Positions 1 through 13,400 of a stretch of 64,000 bases of DNA are shown in pieces. Under the pieces are notes generated by a model, which was not told the origin of the DNA, searched no databases, and saw only the letters and a program-made list of their open reading frames with translations. A program made the position numbers and the translations under genes. This stretch comes from Macrostomum hystrix (taxonomy: Eukaryota > Animalia > Platyhelminthes), in the NCBI GenBank assembly GCA_950097015.1, contig CATNEN010000001.1:22754001-22818000 (forward strand). The letters are read 5' to 3'. Each line of letters begins with the position of its first letter. The first letter of the stretch is position 1.

Positions 1-1752
1 TTAGACAGGAGTGTCGCCTGTTAGACAGGAGTATCGCCTGTTAGACAGGAGTGTCGCCTGTTAGACAGGAGTGTCACCTGTTAGACAGACGTGTCAACTA
101 TTAGACAGGAGTGTCGCCTGTTAGACAGACGTGTCAACTGTTAGACAGGAGTGTCACCTGTTAGACAGGAGAGTCACCTGTTAGACGGGAGTGTCGCCTG
201 TTAGACAGGAGTGTCGCCTGTTAGACAGGAGTATCGCCTGTTAGAAAGGAGTGTCGCCTGTTAGACAGGAGTGTCACCTGTTAGACAGAAGTGTCGCCTG
301 TTAGACAGGAGTGTCACCTGTTAGACAGGAGTGTCAGATGTTAGACAGGAGTGTCACCTGTTAGACAGGAGTGTCACCTGTTAGACAGGAGTGTCGCCTG
401 TTAGACAGGAGTATCGCCTGTTAGACAGGAGTGTCACCTGTTAGACAGGAGTGTCAGATGTTAGACAGGAGTGTCACCTGTTAGACAGGAGTGTCAGATG
501 TTAGACAGGAGTGTCACCTGTTAGACAGGAGTGTCACCTGTTAGACAGGAGTGTCAACTGTTAGACAAGAGTGTCACCTGTTAGACAGGAGTGTCACATG
601 TTAGACAGGAGTGTCACCTGTTAGACAGGAGTGTGACCTGTTAGACAGGAGTGTCACCTGTTAGACAGGAGTGTCACATGTTAGACAGGAGTGTCACCTG
701 TTAGACAGAAGTGTCAGATGTTAGACAGGAGTGTCACCTGTTAGACAGGAGTGTCAGATGTTAGACAAGAGTGTCACCTGTTAGACAGGAGTGTCAACTG
801 TTAGACAAGAGTGTCACCTGTTAGACATGAGTTTTACCTGTTAGACAGGAGAGTTACCTGTTAGACAGGAGTGTGACCTGTTAGAGAAGAGTGTCACCTG
901 TTAGACAGGAGTGTCAACTGTTAGACAGGAGTGTCACCTGTTAGACAGAAGTGTCACCTGTTAGACAGGAGTGTCACCTGTTAGACAGACGTGTCAACTA
1001 TTAGACAGGAGTGTCGCCTGTTAGACAGACGTGTCAACTGTTAGACAGGAGTGTCACCTGTTAGACAGGAGTGTCATATGTTAGACGGGAGTGTCAACTG
1101 TTAGACAGGAGTGTTACCTGTTAGACAGGAGTGTGACCTGTTAGACAGGAGTGTCACCTGTTAGACAGGAGTGTCACATGTTAGACAGGAGTGTCACCTG
1201 TTAGACAGAAGTGTCAGATGTTAGACAGGAGTGTCACCTGTTAGACAGGAGTGTCAGATGTTAGACAAGAGTGTCACCTGTTAGACAGGAGTGTCAACTG
1301 TTAGACAAGAGTGTCACCTGTTAGACATGAGTTTTACCTGTTAGACAGGAGAGTTACCTGTTAGACAGGAGTGTGACCTGTTAGAGAAGAGTGTCACCTG
1401 TTAGACAGGAGTGTCAACTGTTAGACAGGAGTGTCACCTGTTAGACAGGAGTGTCAACTGTTAGACAGGAGTGTCACCTGTTAGACAGAAGTGTCACCTG
1501 TTAGACAGGAGTGTCACCTGTTAGACAGACGTGTCAACTATTAGACAGGAGTGTCGCCTGTTAGACAGACGTGTCAACTGTTAGACAGGAGTGTCACCTG
1601 TTAGACAGGAGTGTCATATGTTAGACGGGAGTGTCAACTGTTAGACAGGAGTGTTACCTGTTAGACAGGAGTGTGACCTGTTAGAGAAGAGTGTCACCTG
1701 TTAGAAAGGAGTGTCACCTGTTAGACAGGAGTGTCGCCTGTTAGACAGGAGT
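1..1752. repeat. 20-bp tandem satellite (TTAGACAGGAGTGTCACCTG), ~87 copies, probably inside an ANAPC7 intron
   Basis: Directly visible 20-nt periodicity from base 1 to ~1752; variant blocks recur about 500 bp apart (TTAGACATGAGTTTTACCTG at 821 and 1321). Confidence 0.97.
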
Positions 1753-1799
1753 TCAAAATTAAAACGCAGGATCTAACAGCAATCGTATTTCAGGCAAAC

Positions 1800-4700
1800 C
1801 TGTTCAATTTTCTGCACCAGCAGAGCCTTGGCCTCGGTGAATCTCTTCTTCTCCATGTACAGCTCCGCCAGCACTGACACGCATTCGGGCAGACAGCCGC
1901 GGCCGCCGAACATAGCGAAGGCATCGGCCAGGATCTCGATGGCCTTGTCTTTGTTCTCATATGAGGTGGCTAGACCATAGAGTCCCAATGTTCGCGGATT
2001 GCGGCCTGAGAGCATTGTTGGTTCTTTTTAGGTTCGAATGGAGGTGAGAACAGTAAAATGCAGACATCAGTGCAAAATAGCTTACCCAACTGCTTAACAA
2101 GCAGCTCAGCTTTAGTGATGGCATTCCTATATTTGTGCCTATCAATATAAGTCCACACAATGCCATTGTGCACCTCGAAACTGTTTGGCGCCAGCTTCCT
2201 GGCCTCGGTAAAGTAGCTCAGCGCGTCCCGCTCTTTGCCATTGCGATTGCTGACATAGCCGCACACCATGAGTGCGTGTACCGAGTTCGGATTAATGGTT
2301 AGCGCCTTCTGGGCGAAAAACATCGCCTTGCTGGACCGCTTGTTCGCGTGGTTCAGGTAGCCGTAGACTACGTAGGGCTCGGCGCGGTGCTCCGACACCT
2401 GAAGATGGTTTCCCATAGATTCCACTGCAGGCTAGATGGTTTCCCATAGATTCCACTGCAGGCTAGATGGTTTCCCATAGATTCCACTGCAGGCTAGATG
2501 GTTTCCCATAGATTCCACTGCAGGCTAGATGGTTTCCCATAGATTCCACTGCAGGCTAGATGGTTTCCCATAGATTCCACTGCAGGCTAGATGGTTTCCC
2601 ATAGATTCCACTGCAGGCTAGATGGTTTCCCATAGATTCCACTGCAGGCTAGATGGTTTCCCATAGATTCCACTGCAGGCTAGATGGTTTCCCATAGATT
2701 CCACTGCAGGCTAGATGGTTTCCCATAGATTCCACTGCAGGCTAGATGGTTTCCCATAGATACCACTGCAGGCTAGATAGTTTCCCATAGATTCCACTGC
2801 AGGCTAGATAGTTTCCCATAGATTCCACTGCAGGCTAGATGGTTTCCCATAGATTCCACTGCAGGCTACATAATTTCCCATAGATTCCACTGCAGGCTAG
2901 ATGGTTTCCCATAGATTCCACTGCAGGCTACATAATTTCCCATAGATTCCACTGCAGGCTAGATAGTTTCCCATAGATTCCACTGCAGGCTAGATGGTTT
3001 CCCATAGATTCCACTGCAGGCTAGATGGTTTCCCATAGATTCTACTGCAGGCTAGATGGTTTCCCATAGATTCCACTGCAGGCTAGATGGTTTCCCATAG
3101 ATTCCACTGCAGGCTACATGGTTTCCCATAGATTCCACTGCAGGCTAGATGATTTCCCATAGATTCCACTGCAGGCTAGATGGTTTCCCATAGATTCCAC
3201 TGCAGGCTACATAAATTCCCATAGATTCCACTGCAGGCTACATAAATTCCCATAGATTCCACTGCAGGCTACATAATTTCCCATAGATTCCACTGCAGGC
3301 TACATAAATTCCCATAGATTCCACTGCAGGCTACATAATTTCCCATAGATTCCACTGCAGGCTAGATAGTTTCCCATAGATTCCACAGGTGGCTACATAA
3401 TTTCCCATAGATTCCACTGCAGGCTAGATAGTTTCCCATAGATTCCACAGGTGGCTAGATGAAATTCAAATGTCATAGAGAGTTTAGCTGACTCACCTGC
3501 ATGAGGCTGGCAGCCAGGCACTCCAGCTGCCGCTGTTTGCTGGCCTGCCGTTGCAATAGCTCGGCCAACGAGTCGATGTGCCTCAGCCAATCGCTGTCGA
3601 TGCTATGCAGTCTGGTGAGTACTTTCTCAGCCTCCGAGTACTCGCCGCACTGATAGAAGGCCTCGCCGAGGGTGGCAAGCATGTTGGAATCGCTGGTCAT
3701 GAGATCGTGACCGTCCAGAGCCAGCAGGGCTTCGATAGCCGGGCGGAAATTTCTGCCAGCAGCCAGCACGGAGGCTTCGAAGTAGCGAGCCAGCAACTGC
3801 TCCAGTGGCGCCATGTTAGCCGACGCGCGCAGGCTCAGGCAGCCACAATCGGCTAGAAGTTGAACAACTTCAGACAGCGGAGTGCGGCATGCCAGCAAAC
3901 CTTTGGCGGCGTCCATTGACAGACCGCCCGTGGCTTTCAAGCAGCACTGCATGGATGGAAAGAGGTGTATAGTAGTTAGCGAGTAAATTTTATTGTTCTT
4001 GTATAATCCAAGGTAAACAACAGGAGCAACTATGCCTGCATATAAACGGGCACATGCCTCGTCATGTCGTCAGCGGCTCAGTTAAGTCAGGCAGTTACTC
4101 TGCTCACCCTGAAGGCGGTCTGGGCGAGTTTTTCATCTCCGGAGCGCAGGTAGCTCTGGCCCAGAGCCAGGTGCATGGCCGGTGTGCGGGCCTTCTCTGG
4201 TACGCAGGCCAGTTCTCTGCAGGCTTCGGCATGCATCCGCTGGGCTGCGTAGCAGAGATGCGAGCGCCAGCGAATGTCCGCCTCGGTGGGCAGGCCGCGA
4301 AGGCGCGAGGTGCACCTGCGCAGCTGCAGGGCTCGACTCAGGTGGCGCAGAGCTTTCTGGTGCTCGCCAGTCTTGTGACAGGCATCGCCCAGGTGTACAT
4401 AGAAGGTCAGCCGGTCAGAGTGGGACAGCAGGCGCTCATTGTTTTCAGCGATTGTCACGATTGGGCCAAGCTGTACGGTTTGGGGGAAAGAGTGAATTAG
4501 CTGAATATACTACTAGAATTTGTGCTGAGTAGTATGAGCAAATGGAAAATATATATTTCAACATGCCTAGCTAGCTAAAATGCATTAACAATTTCCAAAG
4601 GTGAAAATTCCTTTAACAGCTAAATCAGTCTATCAATTAGCTAAGCTGCCAAAGGCATTGAAAAACTCATTATGTAACTAAAACACTAAGCCTTAGGGCA

Positions 4701-5648
4701 CAAATACACAAATTGCTTCCATTAGATTCCACTAAGACTCTACATCTCAGCCTTTTAAGTCAGAATTGTAGAGCCTAAACTGCTTGGCTTTAAGCTAGCC
4801 TTGAATTATTAGTTTTTTAGGTCATGTGCATGTATATAACCATTTATGGTTAGGGTGTTTTTTGAGTGCTATAAACTGTACTTTCCTAGCAGTATACTAT
4901 ATAATGTTTGCATATTCAGCTTGAGAAGCAATAATTTGAGTAAAAGCAATTGCTACAAAGTTGAAGAAAGCCCTTTGTATACTTACACAGACATCATATT
5001 TTTACTCAAAAATTATATTTCTTTCTATTTTTTTCTCAACTATTTATTGCTTGATTGTTTGCCATACTAATAGGCTAGCCATATCCTGAGAAGTAGATAT
5101 TAGTTGTTATTTCATTTCCTAAAAAATCTTATTGAAAAAGTTAATATGAACAAAAAATAAACATAAAAACATTGTATTACATCTTAGATATGTACTTCAA
5201 TAAAGTATAGGCCTTACTAGTAGCATTGGTATTAGCATAACATTAGGCCAATAAGGCCAAAATAAAAAAGTTAATACAGAGAAATAGTCTGCAGACAATC
5301 AATTCAATAGTTTTTGCTAGAAAAATACCACTAAACCTAAACTAAACAATACTAGAACTAAACAAAGAAGCAAATGTAATTGTTTTGCTTTAAAATGATA
5401 GACCTAAAATAGCAGATTTCTTGAAAATAGCCCTAGCTGAAAATCAACAGATCAATTTTTCTTTAAGGCGGAAAGAGTAAACAAAGCGTAGAAATACAAT
5501 ATATATATTTTTTTTACATGTTTGGAAGGCCTACTAATACTAATAGCAAACACATTATCAATACTCTTACCAATATCTTAATGTCCTCGTACATTTCATT
5601 TGTTTGCAACACCTTTATATTTTGTAGAAGGGCATTTGACAGAGCCAT
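1800..5648 (-). CDS. ANAPC7: Anaphase-promoting complex subunit 7 (TPR protein), 5 exons visible, 3' end outside the window
   Basis: Exons on the minus strand: 5648-5571 (MALSNALLQNIKVLQTNEMYEDIKIL), 4470-4108, 3946-3497, 2398-2086 and 2005-1800. All are GT-AG with matching phases (0,0,0,1). TPR helices align by eye to APC7 (RTPAMHLALGQSY, AEPYVVYGY, KAMFFAQKALTINPNSVHAL, LGRNPRTLGLY). The donor at 1799 is inferred. Confidence 0.85.
2403..3460. repeat. 31-bp intronic minisatellite (GCTAGATGGTTTCCCATAGATTCCACTGCAG), ~34 copies
   Basis: Fills ANAPC7 intron 2399-3496 and ends within a few nt of the 3' splice site. Confidence 0.96.
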
Positions 5649-6152
5649 TATGGTATGTGCTGTTTAAGGACTATTGCGGCGATTAGTAGGCCACTACAAC
5701 ATATTAGTTAGGTAAAACTTTATCTGTCACGCCTTTCGAGGAACTCTGTAAAAATTTTAAGTTTTTTCTTAGAATGCAAACATTATAATACGTTTATCAT
5801 GAGTTTGGTAGCATAGCATTTTTTGAATTTCTGTTACATTTTGAAAGATTTTTTTTATAACAAGTAAAATATTTTCTGTAACTTGTAAACTTAAGTTTAA
5901 AAAAATTCACGTTGAAATATAAAAATAAATAAAAAATAAAATAATAAAAAACTTATGCCTTTTTACCGAAGATGCGGTGTACTTTTCTTTGTCTTTATAA
6001 CGGCAGCGGCGTACCACGTTTCCTTCTATCTATGTTCACTGAAACTGTAAAAATAAGTAAGATAGAGAAATATAAGGGAACATTTGGAGTCTAGGAAATT
6101 CTAGCCATGTCCATGACTCTATAATATAATGACAATAAGTGTATAGCTTTTA

Positions 6153-6572
6153 GGTACCTGGACACTTTGTCATCTTACAACTTTGTCATCCATATGATCT
6201 GTCCAATATCTCAGAGGGTGGATGATGAAAAGACTTAGACTTGTGGACACTTCGTCATCTATAAAACAAAAGTTTTTAAAGTTAGAACAGAACCACCCTC
6301 CCCATGCATCCCTCCCTCCTCACATCATGTTGGCACCTTTCAACTCTTATAATCAAAGCAGTTTTGTCACCTTTTTGACAATTTAGAGTGTGAAGTATGT
6401 TCAAACCTCTGCCCCACCTCTCCACCCTCACTTTATTGATGACGAACTTGATTGCTTGTTATTAGTAGATGACGAACTGACCAAACTTTAAAGCATGCCA
6501 ATTGACTGGATGACAAAGTGTCCTACCTTCCAAGTGGATGACAAAGTTGTAAGATGACAGTGTCTAGGATCC
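6153..6572. mobile_element. MITE / non-autonomous DNA transposon, ~40-bp imperfect TIRs, TA-flanked
   Basis: Left end GGTACCTGGACACTTTGTCATCTTACAACTTTGTCATCCA versus reverse complement of the right end GGATCCTAGACACTGTCATCTTACAACTTTGTCATCCA. TA on both sides; internal GGACAC/GATGAC sub-repeats. Confidence 0.75.
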
Positions 6573-9500
6573 TAGATTTTAGCACTAGGCCTATAGTAGC
6601 ATACCTAAGTGTGACATTATTTATAGGGGCCTATGAACTATTATAGCTCTAGCTGCTTGTAACAAAGACAATGTTTTTTAGGGCCTAGACTAGATAGGCC
6701 ATATACTAAACAAATTACAATTTATATTTTATATGGCTTTTATTGAAAGAGCTCTTGTCTAGGCCTAATCTTGACTAAGAAATAACACTTGTGGATCTAG
6801 TTGTTGTTATTTGCTATTAGGGCCTAGTAATATGCCTATAGGGCAAAGTCCTACTTTGCTGCGTTAAATTATTTTGACCTCTTTTTTTTTCATTTCAGCC
6901 GAACTGGTGACTACTATGGCCGGGCGACCTAGGGTCCATATTTTCTGCTTGAGGTTGCTAAAGTACAAGCACAAATTTTTCTAAATTGGTTTTTTGAAGT
7001 TCTTGCTATCTTGCTATCTAATAATACTGTAATATAATTTAAGTTATAGATCTGGCCTAGCTAGGCCTGTAGGACAAAAAACTAAACATTCTAGGTAGGC
7101 CTATATAATGGGAAGTATAATTTTGGCTAGTTTTAGCATAACTAACCAAAACCTAGAATTTTATAATGCTCAGTCAGGTCATGTAATTATGTTTTAAATT
7201 TAAGGTTTTTGCTTATAATAAAGTAAAAATTATGCTTTTCAAAAGCTTTTGGTAAAATAGTAACTATTTCTTCATTCATATAAAATGCCCATGCTACAAA
7301 GAAAAGAGAGCTCTTAATTATTTTTACTTCTATGGATGTCTGATTAAGAAAGTAACTATGTACCATTAGTAGGCAAATATATAGTATATATAGCTCAAAT
7401 TTTATGTATTGTAACTCATCTCTACCTTAATACGCAATGCACACTTATATTGAGCTTGCCTATAACAAGTTTTTTCTTTATATTGTTTTTATTTTATATA
7501 TGAAATACTAGCCATGGGAGTTTAATCTTTGAATTGGATTTTATTATAGAATATAGCTGCTAAGATATTTTTATGATTCCAACAGTTATTCTTGGAATAA
7601 GTTTAATTAAACAGTACAGCTGCTAATAATTAGGTGATCAACCTTTCATTCAGCATTGTCTATTCTATATTGTTATCTTAATCTAATTTTAGATTATCTA
7701 TTCCTTTATTATACAAAAGCATATTCTCCAAGATTTCTTAATATTGTATACCACATAGCTTGTGTTATTCAAGTTATAGTATTTATGCCATAAAATGTAG
7801 CTAGTTACTACTTTAGCACATTGCTCTTTTTTATTTCATACCTAGATACCTCAGCTCTAAGCATAACAATTGGAAGAGGGCTACAGGCAATGGTACATCA
7901 TTTGGTGGCAATAGAAATGCAGCTAGCAAAGAGGCAGTTCTGGCCATTTTGCTGACTTTTGAGCTTATAGAATATACAGATACTGTGCATTGGCACATCT
8001 TCTCACATTATAATAGCTCTGCATTGACTTTCTGTCAGGCAGTGTACAATTTCACTATGCCTAGGAGGTTGGCCCTAAAGGGCATAAATTTTGTGACAAG
8101 CCCCCATGCCTTCTCTCTGCTGCTGTGCCCCAAATTAATGTGACATTGCTGCTGAATCAAACTGAATGACCTTTGTGTGACAGGCTAAAGCATTATCTAA
8201 TCTGCCACAACCTATATCCATATGCTAAGTCAAAAGCAGGCAATATAACAGCTTGAATCTATTTAGTGATATATTTTAAACATACATGCGCAACCTCCCA
8301 AATCTTAGCCAGCTGTGCGACTTAGTTTTTGCTCTCATTTGCGACTTAGTTCGTTTCATTGCTCTATTTACGACTTAGTTTGCTCTCATTTGCTCTCTTT
8401 CTCTCCCCTTTTTCATTTTCTTTACACCTTCCTTTTTTGTCCCTTGGTCCCCCCTGTGATTTTTTTGTGCTTGGTCAATTGGTTTTTGCGACTTACCTTG
8501 CTTGGCCCTCGTTTCACCCGGCCGGGTTGGCCGGGTGTTACGCATGTATGATTTTAAACAATGATTATGTTTTTATAGCAATAGTAATCCGTTTTTATAA
8601 ATATCAGTAAACACATTTGTGAATTTATGATTATTGAAAGTGATTGTAATGATCAAAATAATAGCTTAGAGACATTTTGAGACTGTTTTCAATTGGGAAA
8701 AGACTTGTCTTAATAGTGTCATTAGTTCTATTGCTTCATGTAACAGATAATATCATGTGTTTTATGAATTCTAGTGATACTATTTTATTAGTTCAACAGA
8801 AAATTTACTATATAGTTAGCAATCAAAACTTGTGAAAGTTTTAAGTACTCTGTTTTGTTTATTTCATCTGTCATTTTAATGTTTAATTTTCATAAAGTAC
8901 TTTGTGTTCCGCTGTAAATGGTTTTGCAATGATCACAAGGATAAGAATTATTAAATTCGGAAATCAGTACAGATAGGTTTCCTTTGGCATTTTCTTGGCA
9001 TTTTCATAATTAGAATTCACATAAAGCTGTGGATAGCAATCTCTGCCTAATGCACTCTCTGCCAGAGATCACAATCCTTTTGCTGCTAGATGCTGATAGA
9101 TGTGCTGCTTCAGGACTTGTACTTTTACATTAAATGTAGCGAATAGGAAGTTCATCCAGATTTATTTCCGATTCAGCTAATGGATATTTGAATCAATTCT
9201 GATATTCATTGCGTGACTACCCTAGGCGGACACTGGCTGTCCCTGTGAATCACAGCTGGCACAGGTGTCTTTAAAAGAACATCACATAAGCGAATAAGGA
9301 AACGACTGTCAGATGGTCCCGCTGTAAAACAGCACCAGTTGTCAAGGGAAAAATGTTAGAATACTTCTGGGAGATTGGGTTAGGGGCGCTATGACTTAGG
9401 GATAGAATGACGCCTGTTGGCCATTTTTGGGGTTGTATAACGGGACATAAGTTGGAAGGAGGGTTGGGGGTGGGACACGGAGAGAGAGAGAGGGGTGCGC

Positions 9501-10258
9501 TTGACATCCGAGATGCTGACCGAGGATGGAAAATAAACAAAAAGCTCGAATCGCCTCTGCTTCCAGCTGGCTATGCTATAGTCCAAGTTTTTTTGTGCGC
9601 GCCCGAATACTTCCACCGAGAGCTAAAAATAGAATGTAGAAAACGGAAAGGTAGGTAAGGGAACGAGAAAAAATATGTCTGGGGTGGTTTGCTGGTGCAG
9701 AGGCAACGGGCTACTCGGTGGTTGGCTTCCTCTGGTCAGAGTTTTAAACAGCCAACAGATTAGCAATCGGGCAGATGGTAGACGACCTAAAATAGCTTAC
9801 AAAGCTTCAGACTCTACTTTCATTTCAATACTACCTCAATCTGTTTCTTTATTTGTTGAATATTTTTTGCAGCTCGTTCGGCAAGAAAGGACGCGAAAGT
9901 TAATTAAACAGATTAGTCTATCAATCATTCAACCAACGTGACAAGCGATTGTCAGTCAACGAGTTAAAAATGACGTCAAAGCGAAGCCTGCAATCTAGCA
10001 GTCTGGCTGTGCTAAGCTAGCTGGCTGATAGTTTAAATTTACACTTCACTTCAATCTGTAAACACTGAGAATTAACTAATCGGATAATTTGCAGCTTTGT
10101 TCTGTTCTGCAGTCCAAGTCCGGAAGAGAAGGATTCCAAAGCCTGAAGAAGCTCTCTGTTTGACCCATGTTCACGTGCAAGCTCTGGCAGTGACTAGCCA
10201 GCACCGCTAGTCTTCTGAAATATTACTTATAATAAGATTCTAGCCTACAGTGACAGCT

Positions 10259-10449
10259 ATGCAGCGCGGAATAAAGCCACCGCAGGCTTATCAGTCCCAA
10301 CTGCAGCAGCAGCAGCAGCAGCAACAACTGCAGAACAATCAGTTTGGAATTGTCTACGAGAAGCATTCGAATAATAATCATAGGCGCTCTAGCGCAAGTG
10401 GCATCCCCAGCGGTAAGCACAGGTCTCACTCGGCCATACCACAGCCTCC

Positions 10450-10481
<32 letters not shown>

Positions 10482-13400
10482 GCTTGCAGTCTCCATACCA
10501 GCAACACCAGTCTGAGTTAACTTCCTCGTCTTCCGCACTTCGCTACAGCCTGCGGTCTCGCCAGCAGCAGCGTTGCCATAGCAACAGTGGTAGCAGGAAC
10601 GCCAGTCCGTCGCCAGCCGCTCAGCCGCCGCCGCTGGCGCCGTCTCGCCTGACCTCGGGTCGGCACGCCATGCCCACAAATCACACGGCAGCCGCAGCTG
10701 GCTCATCGTCGGGAATTTCGACCCGGCCAGCGTCGTCAGGCATTCCGCAGCCACACCTCAGGCGCGGCTCGGCTGCCGCTACGGTTGCCATGGCAACGCC
10801 GCTGGCTAGCAATGCAGCCCCGCAGAGTTCGCTGCCCCAGCCGCAGCGGCATCAGCGTGCTCGCTCAGAGCAGCCGCAAGCGCAGCCTAAGACGCAGCTT
10901 CCTCAGCCATCAAAGATCGGCAGCGGCATTCCTGCGCCTTCGTCTGCCGCCGCGCCCTCCTCAGCAAAGTCTCGCACAGGATCAAAGAGACCTCCGGCTC
11001 CTCAACCGGCTTCCAATTCTTCGTCCTCCTCTATTTCAGGTCGACGCTTGTTATCCCGACCGACGATCGGACAGCCAAGTGCCTCGTCCATACGATCGCC
11101 CGCTTCAACACCGTCGGCTCAAGTAAATCCTTCTACAAATTCAAACACTACTAGCAGTAGCTTTGTCACCCTGGATAATTCAGATGATGATCCTAACAAT
11201 TCGCTGCAAATCGACTGCAGCGATTTGGAAGACGTTTTAAAAAATGCCGACGAGCTGTCAATCAGCTCCAGCGAACTGTCGGACGCTGTCGCTGAACTCG
11301 AGCGCTCAGTGTGCGCCTCCGGCGGCGAAGGTCGAGCCACCCCGGATCTGTACGGCCTGACTCTGCGCAAAGCCTCCGCCGATTATGGCACCGCGCGTTC
11401 CTCCAGTCGACTTCAACAGCTCCTGGCATCAGAGGGTGGCGGCGCGGGAGGCGAATACTATTTCTCCGACACAGAGTCTGTCCAGCGTCACCAGCAGCAT
11501 CAGGTGCTGCAGAATCTGCAAGGCAGGCGCCGGCCTCACGCTGCTCTGGGCAGCAGCGGCTACTGCACCATCCGCTCTGCTGCTGGTCAGGCGCCCGCCT
11601 CCTTGCCAATGTCAGCCGTGGCACCGCCTGCGCCCAATCAGAGCCTCCGCCTGCCTTATGCAACCATGCGCAGCAGCTGCTCCACTGGCAGCTTCTATCC
11701 CGCAGCTGGCGGCGGCATCGGCGGTTCAACTCTGTCCATCTATTCGGCCGTGTCTTCCTCGGCTACCACGGCCAACGAGGAGCGGCAGGCTATGGAGATT
11801 GCCAAGCTGAAGAGCGAGCTGGAGCAGGCGCAGCAGCGGATAGCCAGTCTGGCTGGTCAGCTGTGCGCCAACACAGACGCCGCCGAAGCATTTGAGCGCT
11901 CGCTGTCGGATGTGACCACCAGGCTAAGAGATTTGGCTAGCAGCGCAGAGCGGAAGGACACGGAGTTGGCCCGCCTGCGCGCGGCTGTTGGCGCTTTGAA
12001 ACGCGAAGAGGCTCCCATGCAGCTCATGATGCAGAAGGAGATGCAGCAGCAGGGCACACCAACTAAGCGACATCACGGATTCTTTCGGAGCCTGCGCAGC
12101 TCTTCTAAAAAGCAGCAAGCAGTGCCAACCCCACAGCAAGGTTCTCAAGAGCAGCCACCGCAGGAGCCGCCTCTGTCCGATCTTGAGATGCATCCGCAGA
12201 AGCAGCAGCCATCGGCAGCTGAGCTGCAACAATTGCGCAGCCTCACAGAACAGATGCGGGCTGACATCAGCAATTTGAAAGCTGAAAATTGCCGACTGCA
12301 ACAGCTGCAACAGATTCGTGCCGATAGTCTGAGCGAAGACCACGGATTTGGCGGATCCGTCAGCGATGTGTACGGCATCTACGCCGGCTACAGTGGCCGG
12401 CGATTGAGTGTGGATTCGGTTGCTTTGTCTGGCATCTCGGCTGGTGACGCCTGCTCTCTTGACGGTCGCGCTGGCGATCCAGCATCGCTTGGCAATGGAA
12501 ATCTAGGGTAAGTCTGCCGCACCTACCCAACATTCTACCCCAGCTGTTGCTGGTACCTATTCACAGCTTGGTGTACTGAAGCGCCGTGAAATTATGTGTT
12601 TTGTTCCATATACTGTAGATACTGTACGCAAGGGAGTAAATTGCTCGACAAGCTCGAGGAGAATGAATGCGGCCTCGCCGCGGAATCGAGCTCCGGAACC
12701 CACTAACCCCCGCTTTTTTCCTAATCAAAATCCTACAGCTTCGACCTGATTGACGGATTTCCCGGCTCAGCCGACAGTTTGCGCCTGACGGTCATTGTGG
12801 CGGACAGCCAGCAGCAGCAGCAGCATCCCATCGGCTGCCTGCCGGTGTGTCCGCGCACAAAATGGGAAACCCTTGACGCATGTTGCGGCCGGCTATTCAA
12901 GGAGTACCTGACCAGAATCGACCCCAGCCAGGCCTTGGGCCTCGGCTCCGACTGCGTCGCAGCCTACGAGATCGTCGGCAGCGACGCTGGGGTCAGGCGG
13001 CGAGGCGCGCCGGCGCACGCATGCTCACCGCCTCTCGTTGCCTGCATGACAGCTGCCGCGGCCTCTGAACTCAGCAGCAACAGCAACCGGCTGAGTCTCC
13101 TGCTTCATCTGTCCAGCGAGTTGGACAATCTGGCGCTGGACACTCTGGTGCCGAAGCCGACACTGCAGCGATACACCGGCCTGCTTCGCGAGCATCGGCG
13201 TATTGTCCTGTGCGGACCAGCTGGCGTTGGCAAGACTCGCCTGGCTCAACGGCTGGCTGCGCACCTGGCCGGCGCTTCCTCAGCGAAAGCCGTGGTAACA
13301 TTCTCGGCCGATCGTCGCAGCGAACGCGATCTGAGAGCCTTCCTACTTGGCCTGAGCAATGACCCCACTGTTGGCGCTGTTGTACTGGATAACCTGCACC

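Noticed and set aside
8490-8545. Hammerhead ribozyme or Helitron 3' end at the GC hairpin
   Set aside because: The minus strand has stem+GAAAC but no CUGANGA core, and there is no CTRR terminus after the hairpin.
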